Source: Candidatus Lokiarchaeum ossiferum
Lineage (GTDB): Archaea > Asgardarchaeota > Lokiarchaeia > Sigyniarchaeales > Promethearchaeaceae
Reading direction: 5' to 3'
Assembly: GCA_025839675.1 (NCBI GenBank)
Contig: CP104013.1
Span: 240,001 to 272,000, forward strand
Length of the DNA: 32,000 nt
Below the pieces are notes generated by a model. That model was not told where the DNA came from. It ran no database searches and was given only the letters and a program-made list of their open reading frames with translations. This document shows, piece after piece, positions 24,968 through 32,000 of the stretch (its first letter is position 1; the number at the start of each line of letters is the position of its first letter). The position numbers and the translations under genes are program-made.

Positions 24968-25168
24968 TTTTATTATTGGGAGAAATCTCTTGGTGAATAA
25001 CTAATTGATCATTATGATCAATTTTGCTTTTCCTTTATTGTTGGTCTGAAAAATGTGTAGAAAAGATTTACGTAGTTTTGATTAAAAAATATTTTTGGCA
25101 ATGGCAACTGCTAATTCGATTAATTTGAAGAAAATGAAGAAAAAAAAACTCTAACTTGATATTGTGAT

Positions 25169-25663
25169 TTATATAAATTTTTGCTGAATATCAAAATCAA
25201 GTAAAAAGGATTTGAGTTCATTATATACACCTGCTTGATTTAATTCTGAGATTTTAAAAAAAATAAAAGCATTCTTTTGAATATAAAGTAAAATCCAATC
25301 CTTGTATATAAGATAATGTAATATATTCTTGATAGAAATTTCCGTTTTTAAATCATTTGTCTGTGCAATGATACAACCATCAGCTAAAAACTCTATTTCT
25401 TCAGAAGCACCAAAATTTTTATTTGTTTTCGCAGCTCGCACCCAAGTACCAATATAAATCTGTTTGATAAATAGTAGGTATAATCCTATAACACTACAAA
25501 ATATCCCTTCTAAATTTTTTTTCAAGAAAATGAAATTAATTAATGCGATAAATAGCCCTAATAAACCCATTACAGGTAATATTTTCAGATATCTAATAGA
25601 CTTGTAATGGATGGCGTAAGCTTTTTTCCAGTCTATATCTGTAGATTGAATTGTAAAAGTCAT
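25169..25663 (-). CDS. small membrane protein with two predicted transmembrane helices
   Basis: Hydrophobic stretches ILPVMGLLGLFIALINFIFL and IFCSVIGLYLLFIKQIYIG. Flanked by repeat copies B and C. Confidence 0.65.
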   Translation of the reverse strand: MTFTIQSTDIDWKKAYAIHYKSIRYLKILPVMGLLGLFIALINFIFLKKNLEGIFCSVIGLYLLFIKQIYIGTWVRAAKTNKNFGASEEIEFLADGCIIAQTNDLKTEISIKNILHYLIYKDWILLYIQKNAFIFFKISELNQAGVYNELKSFLLDFDIQQKFI

Positions 25664-25943
25664 TTTTTTTATCTAATCCTTTAATATATCTAATTGGAAA
25701 GGGTATATTAAAAAAAAAGTTTTGGTTATTTGGATTCGATTCGAAACGGTAAAAATTACACAAGTTGAGGTTTCAATTTTTTTGATAATAGTCTTACAAT
25801 TAGGTAGCATCCCCATTGGAACAGCCAATATTAAGGCTCTAAGCTTTAAATACTAGTATCCTATGATGTGCGATTCTAAAATATGGAAAGGAGTTCTTCT
25901 TTTTCTTTTCTAATAGTAATAGAGGGCTCACCTTTGTATGATG

Positions 25944-25960
25944 TCCCCTCAGAGCCGCCA
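25944..25960 (+). repeat. copy C of the repeat core: TCCCCTCAGAGCCGCCA
   Basis: Read directly. Located in the divergent spacer between 25663 and 26075. Confidence 0.9.
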
Positions 25961-26074
25961 CTATCATAATTAAATAACATTTTATGAAGGAATGAACTTT
26001 GATAAAAAAAAAGGACTTTTTTTGATACCAAAACCCAAAAAAAATAAAGGGATAAAATAAGTAAATTACTTTAT

Positions 26075-26650
26075 ATGGATAATATTCTCCAGAATGCAGA
26101 CATTCTACATAAAGAAGCTAGTGATTTGTTATCCTCAATGGGACTTTTAAAATTACTAACTCAATATGGTAATTCCCATCTCACAGGCAGTTATTATTAT
26201 AATTTAATGACTTGGCGAGATATTGACATATGCGTGGAAATTGATTCTGTCGATAAAACAAAGATATTTGAGGTAGGGAGAGCAATTGCTCTGTTTCCTT
26301 ACACCTCTACTATGTATTTTCGAAACGAATTTGTTTTAAACACGGTTGGTAACCCCAAAGGAATCTTTTGGTGTGTGGAGATTTTACTCCCGAGTTCACA
26401 GTTATGGAAAATAGATATTTTATTTGCAAATAAAGAAGAAATTCACAAAATCCTTAAAAATGGAGAGGAAATTAAACAAAAAGTTACTCCAAGTATTCGA
26501 AGATCTATATTGGAAATAAAGACCCCCCTATCTAAAAGGCTAGAATATCGCAGGAGTTATCGATCAGTAGATATATATCATGCGGTGATTCATGACGGGA
26601 TACGAACGGTAGGTGAGTGGGATATATGGTGGAAAGCAAAAAAAAGATAA
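26075..26650 (+). CDS. polymerase-beta-fold nucleotidyltransferase (MNT/ANT-like)
   Basis: LTGSYYYNLMTWRDIDICVE matches the G-S-x(9-13)-D-h-D-h motif. A third acidic residue lies in WKIDILF. Confidence 0.65.
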   Translation: MDNILQNADILHKEASDLLSSMGLLKLLTQYGNSHLTGSYYYNLMTWRDIDICVEIDSVDKTKIFEVGRAIALFPYTSTMYFRNEFVLNTVGNPKGIFWCVEILLPSSQLWKIDILFANKEEIHKILKNGEEIKQKVTPSIRRSILEIKTPLSKRLEYRRSYRSVDIYHAVIHDGIRTVGEWDIWWKAKKR

Positions 26651-26670
26651 GATTGAAATAGTAATAATTT

Positions 26671-26737
26671 GACCCACTTCCCATCAGTACTCTCAAGTCT
26701 AAACCAAAAAAAAGACAATTCCCCCTCAGAGCCACCA
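26671..26737 (+). repeat. copy D: degenerate unit GACCCACTTCCCATCAG (26671-26687) followed by a good unit AGACAATTCCCCCTCAGAGCCACCA (26713-26737)
   Basis: Read directly. It begins 21 bp after the stop at 26650. Confidence 0.85.
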
Positions 26738-26853
26738 AAAACCGAATCAAAACAATTATGGCAATGTTTCAAATTATTTTTTATAGCAAAAAGAATTCCT
26801 TTTCAAAAAATCATAACAATTTTATGTATTAAATTCATTTAAATATATGAAAT

Positions 26854-28527
26854 ATGCTTCAAAAAAGAACAACGGCAATAATCAAGAATATTTCTGTTCT
26901 TTACATAATTTTAGGAATTGCTGGAACATCTATATTTATTATAGTAAACATAGTTCTTTTAACTCTTAAACTTAAATCTCCTGGTGAAATCGCTCAACAA
27001 TTTAGGTATGATTATTTTTTTATAGTTGAATTGAATTTTATGTTCCTATTATCTTCTATATTTGATATTATTGTCGGAATTTCAATTTTAAGAAGGGAAA
27101 ACATAGGAAAACAATTTTTAATCATTCATAATTTAGTGAAGATTATTTTAATTTTCTTTCAAGGTTTTTGGGAATCTGTTTATAAATTCACTGATTTAAA
27201 CACTTTTACAAGTAAAACAATATTGAATAGTGTATTGAGAGCCATTTTTTTGTTGTTCAATTTGATTTTAATTTTGTATTTCCAATTTTCCAGATCTGTT
27301 AGAGAATATTTTTCCAAAATTGAAAACAACTCCCAAAATTCTTTAAAATCTGAAGGAGTCTCAAGAGAGGGAAGGAAAAGAATAATAATAACTTATTTAA
27401 TAGTTAGTTGTTCTTTTTTTTTTTTAGGGAGTATAACTTATTCGACATCTGCAAGTAAAGACAAATTTGAAAGATCTAATTATGGTACTTTATTTGAAAC
27501 TGATTTAATAAATCCAACTATATCTATCGTAGATGAAAATTTGACAGAAGTTTTTGATTATAATCTCTGTATTCTAAGAAATCAAGCTTTAATAGGGACA
27601 ATTAGGGATCATTCCTTAAACCAGACATCAGTTATCCATTTTCAGCTTAATGAAAATATAAACCGATTAGAATATGTGAAAATCTTGAACATTAGTTATG
27701 ATATATATCAGGAGCATTTACCAACTATTATAGGATATAATCAATCAAGTTACTTCCTCATAAATTACAAGAGTAATAGTAATTATATCGTGGCTGTGAA
27801 CTCATCTGGAATTCAAATGAACCGACAGATATCTATTCCTACAGAATTCGAAGGTTATCCCTTGGATACTCAAAATTATAAATTCTACTATTTGGACATT
27901 CAAAAACACTTCTATAATATGATTATTCAAACAAGACCTATTTATGGTGAAATCGGCAAAGCTTTTTACATACGTTATTTTTCTTCTAACTTAACAATAT
28001 CCTCAATACAACCAATTATAACTGCGAGGAACTATCACTTAGATGAATCAAATACTTTATGGGCAATATGCAATAGAGATCCCATTGGAGGAGAACATAC
28101 TAGTTCTGTTTCAAAACTATCACCAATTAAAAACTCTTTCTATGGCTATAGTTATTCAAATGGAATATTAGGAAGAATTAATAGAACAATTCAACAGAAA
28201 TCTTCATACGTTGCCCTATTTGCTGGAGATACGAGGTTACATTATAGGTTAGAAATGGGATTGTTTGTTCATAATGATGAAATTATTATTCCATATTATG
28301 ACCAGAAAATAAATAATGGAAGTTCATTTACTTTATTTGAAGGAATAGCAAAATATGGGATTAATGAAAACCCATCTTTAAGCAGAGAAATGAAAGGATT
28401 CAGTCAAATTCAGATAATACAAGGATGTGCATTTCTTTTTTTCACAATTTCTAAAATTCCTGTTGTTCGTGAAAAACTGAAATATGTATTTTACAAATTG
28501 AAGCAAGAGACTAATCTCAATCTATAA
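26854..28527 (+). CDS. multi-pass membrane protein (about five N-terminal TM helices) with a large non-cytoplasmic domain of unknown function
   Basis: Five hydrophobic segments occur in the first ~200 aa. The remainder is N/S/Y/I-rich with no recognised family. Confidence 0.7.
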   Translation: MLQKRTTAIIKNISVLYIILGIAGTSIFIIVNIVLLTLKLKSPGEIAQQFRYDYFFIVELNFMFLLSSIFDIIVGISILRRENIGKQFLIIHNLVKIILIFFQGFWESVYKFTDLNTFTSKTILNSVLRAIFLLFNLILILYFQFSRSVREYFSKIENNSQNSLKSEGVSREGRKRIIITYLIVSCSFFFLGSITYSTSASKDKFERSNYGTLFETDLINPTISIVDENLTEVFDYNLCILRNQALIGTIRDHSLNQTSVIHFQLNENINRLEYVKILNISYDIYQEHLPTIIGYNQSSYFLINYKSNSNYIVAVNSSGIQMNRQISIPTEFEGYPLDTQNYKFYYLDIQKHFYNMIIQTRPIYGEIGKAFYIRYFSSNLTISSIQPIITARNYHLDESNTLWAICNRDPIGGEHTSSVSKLSPIKNSFYGYSYSNGILGRINRTIQQKSSYVALFAGDTRLHYRLEMGLFVHNDEIIIPYYDQKINNGSSFTLFEGIAKYGINENPSLSREMKGFSQIQIIQGCAFLFFTISKIPVVREKLKYVFYKLKQETNLNL

Positions 28528-28568
28528 AAGTAATAGCTAGTTTTAATTTCTATATTGACTCGATGACT

Positions 28569-28590
28569 AACGGTTTTGCTTTCAGACTTA
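28569..28590 (+). repeat. possible relic (copy F) of the repeat's upstream part: AACGGTTTTGCTTTCAGACTTA versus copy A ATCGTTTTACTTTCAGACCAAC
   Basis: Partial similarity only. The CCTCAGAGCCGCC core is missing. Confidence 0.3.
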
Positions 28591-28658
28591 TTCGGATAAA
28601 AACGAAATAAGAAATCAAAATAGGGATACTTTAAAAATGAATAAGTGGAGGACTTCGA

Positions 28659-29447
28659 TTGAATAAAAATAGTGCACTTTTTTGGTTACCAAGGATTCAA
28701 GAATTTAAGGATATTCTCATACCTCTTACTAAAATAATCGAAATTGACGAATCAGATGGATTATTACTTCTCAGTGGGATGGACTCTACTTTCAAGGAAA
28801 TATATGAAAAGAAAATTGAACAAGCATTAGAATCATTTAAGTTTCCTATTTTCATTAAAACCGATGATGTAGCGGGAAAACATGATTGGAAAGATACGTG
28901 CTACGTTGAACATAAAGAAGATCTCTATAATCACATAAAAAAACTAATCTACTATGCAAAAAAGTCGAGAGTTGAGTTTCATGCCATACTATTACGAGAG
29001 TTTCTTCATCTCGAATCTCCCTTTAATTTTTTTGATGGAAATATGCCTGTTGCAAAGGAAAGAAGATATTTTATTAAAGATGGACACGTAATATGTCATC
29101 ATCCTTATTGGGATGAAGAGGTATTTTTTGATACTTTTAATCAAGATGATAAAAGATCTTCTATTTTTTTGGAAAACAGGAGCAATAAGAAAGAGAAATT
29201 TCAAAGAAAATACCCCGAGGAGGTAAGAGATAGAATAATTAGACAACTTCGAGAAATTAACACAGAATCTGAAGATGAAATCTTGAAATTATCCAAAATT
29301 GCAGCCAAGGTATCTACACTTATAGATGGTCTATGGTCTGTAGACTTTGCATGTGATAAATCAGGAAAGTGGTATCTTCTTGATATGGCATTAGCTAAAC
29401 ATTCTTGGCATCCTACAACTTGTATGAAATTAGATAAATTATTATAA
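28659..29447 (+). CDS. hypothetical protein, possibly ATP-grasp fold (R2K-clade-like)
   Basis: TTG start 6 nt after GGAGGA (28647-28652). PIFIKTDDVAGKH..., ERRYFIKDGHVI and WSVDFACDKSGKWYLLDMA resemble ATP-grasp strand motifs (memory only). Confidence 0.5.
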   Translation: MNKNSALFWLPRIQEFKDILIPLTKIIEIDESDGLLLLSGMDSTFKEIYEKKIEQALESFKFPIFIKTDDVAGKHDWKDTCYVEHKEDLYNHIKKLIYYAKKSRVEFHAILLREFLHLESPFNFFDGNMPVAKERRYFIKDGHVICHHPYWDEEVFFDTFNQDDKRSSIFLENRSNKKEKFQRKYPEEVRDRIIRQLREINTESEDEILKLSKIAAKVSTLIDGLWSVDFACDKSGKWYLLDMALAKHSWHPTTCMKLDKLL

Positions 29448-29550
29448 AAATCCAATAATAAACATGGAATAATATATTCTAATCCTAATTCCTTGAGCAT
29501 CTTCTTACTAATTATTAAAAAATGTGCGACATTGTCGGACTTAAAGGTGG

Positions 29551-29570
29551 ATTCCCCCTCAGAGCCGTCA
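29551..29570 (+). repeat. copy E of the repeat core: ATTCCCCCTCAGAGCCGTCA
   Basis: Read directly. Located in the convergent spacer between 29447 and 29597. Confidence 0.9.
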
Positions 29571-29596
29571 TCCATAGAAGAAATGGTTAAATTTTT

Positions 29597-30544
29597 CTAA
29601 GCAAAAAAAATTGAGTGAAATCCCTCACCCACTCCATCAATTCCATGAGAAAAACCACCGGGAATAATACTCTTCGCTTTTTCACGCATCAAACTAAACA
29701 AAATCCCACCAAAGAATGTATACAACCCCCATGACCAAATAAATTCCCAATGATTCAGCCAATAATTTGTAGGATTCAAAATATGAGTTAAACTAAATAT
29801 CAATGCGTTAATGATAAGACCCGGTCCAAAAGAGATCCCAGAAATTTTGTAGGGTTTCCCAAAACTCTGATTTAATCTTCCTAAAATATAACCTCGGAAG
29901 AAAAATTCTTCCCCAAATCCAGAAAAGAGTAATTGCCACATTACAATTGAAACTAAGTTCCAAGAAAGCTTCCCCAAGAAAAATCCAATAAAAATTGGAC
30001 ACCCATAAATCAATATTAAGGTTAGAATATTAGATATATGTTTTCTATTTGAAATTATTTCAGATTGTTTGGTTATATTATTTTTTTGAGAATATAAGAA
30101 TATAAAAATGGACATTATGAAAGTAAGTGATAAAATGGCAGATCCAAGCCAAGAATCATGTTCAATATTAAGGAAGGTAATAAGGAGAAAGATACTGGAA
30201 GGAATCAACATGATTAAAATCATATTCAGACTAAAATCAATCTGATTTCTAAAATTAGCGAAATTAAGTCCATAACTCACAAAAGATCGTCTAAATGATG
30301 TAATTATCAGTAGTGGAATCAAATACCATAAAAATCCAATAATATAAGGAATATACCATTTTTGGAAATAATTCCCCTCAAAAAAATATTGTAAAATGAA
30401 ATGGGCAACTATAGAATAAATACCAAATCGCACAAGAAGTACTTCGATAATCGAAAGAATTTTTTTAAAGAAGGATTGCTCATCTTTTGAAGTTAATTGA
30501 TTTGATTCTATATGGGTTTGATCTTCCATATTAAGATAACTCAT
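29597..30544 (-). CDS. CPBP-family (CAAX protease / Abi-type) intramembrane glutamic endopeptidase
   Basis: GFGEEFFFRGY (EExxxR), FSLTHILN (FxxxH) and GGFSHGI motifs sit within a polytopic hydrophobic protein. Confidence 0.85.
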   Translation of the reverse strand: MSYLNMEDQTHIESNQLTSKDEQSFFKKILSIIEVLLVRFGIYSIVAHFILQYFFEGNYFQKWYIPYIIGFLWYLIPLLIITSFRRSFVSYGLNFANFRNQIDFSLNMILIMLIPSSIFLLITFLNIEHDSWLGSAILSLTFIMSIFIFLYSQKNNITKQSEIISNRKHISNILTLILIYGCPIFIGFFLGKLSWNLVSIVMWQLLFSGFGEEFFFRGYILGRLNQSFGKPYKISGISFGPGLIINALIFSLTHILNPTNYWLNHWEFIWSWGLYTFFGGILFSLMREKAKSIIPGGFSHGIDGVGEGFHSIFFA

Positions 30545-30682
30545 ATCTATATCTTAAAAAATGATATCACTTGATGTGAAACAGTTCTGAACACCTACTT
30601 GAGTCTTCTTGTAGCAAATAATCTAGTATTGTTGTCGATTCCCATCGAGACCTGCTCCTTTTTCTATTACTTTGGTCTAAAA

Positions 30683-30949
30683 TTAACTTCGTTTTAGGAG
30701 TCTCTCTATTTCCTCAATTATATGATCTCGAGATCCTGGTGAAAACTCATTAGTTTCGAAGATAACAGTATCTTCTATTTGTAATCTAATATGAGGCTGA
30801 TCTTTTAGGCGCTGGCGATCTTTTAGGTACCGCCATTTATAGACTCCCGATGGGGGAACGTATGGATTATAGCAGTCATACAGCTCCCGTCGCTTGAGAG
30901 CAGAATTTGAGCCATTTGTATACATTTTCAAATAATGCTTAACATTCAC
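30683..30949 (-). CDS. hypothetical protein (88 aa)
   Basis: ORF track only. No family recognised. Confidence 0.4.
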   Translation of the reverse strand: MNVKHYLKMYTNGSNSALKRRELYDCYNPYVPPSGVYKWRYLKDRQRLKDQPHIRLQIEDTVIFETNEFSPGSRDHIIEEIERLLKRS

Positions 30950-31230
30950 TCCTTTAGGGGTTTGGTTAAGAAATATGGCTTATAATCCCGCATCAATTAA
31001 ACCACCTCAACACGTAGGGAATTAAGCGCATCTCAGAATAAATGAGGGTGTGTAATTGCATACCATTTTTTTAAACTGTTGTCTAACTGTTTTAGAAGTC
31101 ACTCCTCATTCATGACCATCTTCGAGAGAAATTAGGGCATTTCAAAACTGGAAAATCCCTTATTAGGAGAAAAATTCATTCTGATTGTTGAAACTCAATA
31201 AGAGTATTTATAAGATTGTACTATTAGAAT

Positions 31231-31716
31231 TTATTTTTCATAAGTTTTTAATTTGGAACCAATCATTTGGGTTGTAAGGTCTGCTAAAAAAAGATAAAAC
31301 TTTTGGAGTTTTACTAATTCATCTAATGTGGCATCATGATATTGATTTTGAAAGAGATATTGAATATTATCTTTATTCATTGTGGGAGGAAAAGTTCCCC
31401 GAGGTTGTGTTAAGAGAATCGAAGAATTGGTAATGATTTTTAACATTTTTAAGCCGATGTCAGTGATACGATATGTTTTTGCTTTTTTATTACTATTAAG
31501 AACAAGTTCTATAATCAGATCATCTTGCATTTCAGTGAGAATTGGATAAAGCGAACCAGGTGATGGTTTCCAGTGATCCAAGGATACTTCTTGAATTTTT
31601 TTGATTATATTTGATCCTGTCATTTTTGGATACTCCCCCTCTAAATTTTGGGTACCAAACATCATCAATATTGTGGGATGGAGAAACCCGCGTTTAATGC
31701 GATCAAGCCATTTCAA
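31231..31716 (-). CDS. PadR-family winged-helix transcriptional regulator (start uncertain: TTG 31716 or an internal ATG)
   Basis: MTGSNIIKKIQEVS...PSPGSLYPILTEMQDDLIIE...KTYRITDIGLKML matches the PadR G.lYp.L..Le..Gli ... Y.lT..G pattern. Confidence 0.7.
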   Translation of the reverse strand: MKWLDRIKRGFLHPTILMMFGTQNLEGEYPKMTGSNIIKKIQEVSLDHWKPSPGSLYPILTEMQDDLIIELVLNSNKKAKTYRITDIGLKMLKIITNSSILLTQPRGTFPPTMNKDNIQYLFQNQYHDATLDELVKLQKFYLFLADLTTQMIGSKLKTYEK

Positions 31717-32000
31717 GATAAGTTTTTCTGAAAGGCCTTCATATAATGATAAATGAGAATCATAAATTCCAGAATCATAACTATCGGAGAAATCTTGTTT
31801 ATGGATCTGTTGATTATCATCTTTTGTTTTTGTAATTTTTGAATCACCAAGTTTTTGGGGAACCTACGCAGAATTCTGATTTATATTATATGGAATAATA
31901 ATTAAATATATCGATTGACCGATATATTTAAATGTGTTTTTCTCCTTTTTTATAAGCAATCCATTATATGATTCGGATAATCGAAATATTTTTAATATAA

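Noticed and set aside
26532-26772. Minus-strand ORFs 26532-26750 and 26590-26772, and likewise 29201-29575, which read through repeat copies D and E. Two of them share a G-S-E-G-E peptide.
   Set aside because: The shared peptide is simply the reverse-complement translation of the conserved repeat core. At copy B the same frame is closed by stops on both sides, so the repeat is not a conserved coding element. The ORFs also overlap better-supported plus-strand genes.
5699-30002. ORF-track entries nested inside or antisense to longer, motif-supported genes: 5699-5890(+), 8582-8812(+), 11099-11347(-), 11572-11841(-), 13093-13332(-), 15653-15889(-), 18188-18379(+), 21375-21575(+), 22380-22706(-), 22699-22935(-), 28992-29246(-), 29808-30002(-)
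   Set aside because: Each lies wholly within a longer ORF that carries recognisable protein motifs. Their F/L/I/S-rich or low-complexity translations are what the antisense or an alternate frame of K/E/N-rich AT-rich coding DNA produces. None has an RBS-like motif that I could see.
30950-31230. Slightly G+C-richer 280-bp spacer between the 88-aa ORF and the PadR gene, examined for a tRNA or small RNA
   Set aside because: I could not assemble a cloverleaf (no acceptor pairing, no T-loop) or any other recognisable RNA motif by eye. tRNAscan-SE/Infernal would be needed.

Overview
This is an AT-rich prokaryotic window, about 30% G+C by eye, with a K/N/I/E-rich proteome. GGAGG-type ribosome-binding motifs precede several genes, and several genes appear to start at TTG. 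The taxon cannot be fixed from sequence alone. The gene content would fit an AT-rich archaeon such as an Asgard-type lineage, but that is inference. I support about 30 CDS and found no rRNA, no intact tRNA and no CRISPR array.

The window reads as an accessory/defence island followed by a repeat-punctuated cassette region.

(1) 1342-2856: a three-gene operon ending in a retropepsin-like DTG aspartic protease.

(2) 4076-11913: a run of stand-alone conflict-type genes. These are a PD-(D/E)xK nuclease, a single-HKD PLD nuclease with two zinc ribbons, a zinc-ribbon+LRR protein, an HTH pair, a Schlafen-type AlbA_2 protein, a protein with a nucleoside-deoxyribosyltransferase/TIR-like C-terminal domain, and a second PD-(D/E)xK protein.

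(3) 12955-14449: a zero-gap minus-strand operon. It encodes a Regnase-1/ZC3H12A-type NYN RNase, a clear viperin (radical-SAM) homologue and a 37-aa tail ORF. It is divergent from a 1851-aa TPR / unknown / P-loop STAND-like giant (14560-20115).

(4) 20366-23813: a translationally coupled trio led by a Rad50/SMC-like ABC ATPase that carries a four-cysteine zinc ribbon in its coiled coil.

(5) 24850-29570: single-gene modules separated by co-oriented copies of a G+C-rich repeat of about 26 nt, consensus AGACCnACTCCCCCTCAGAGCCGCCA. A further copy lies at 12285-12309. One copy abuts an 18-bp perfect inverted repeat with integron attC-like core motifs.

Three unusually long non-coding stretches (2857-4075, 12221-12954, 23814-24383) contain inverted or tandem repeats and possible structured RNA. 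All functional calls rest on motif recognition from memory. No database search was run.
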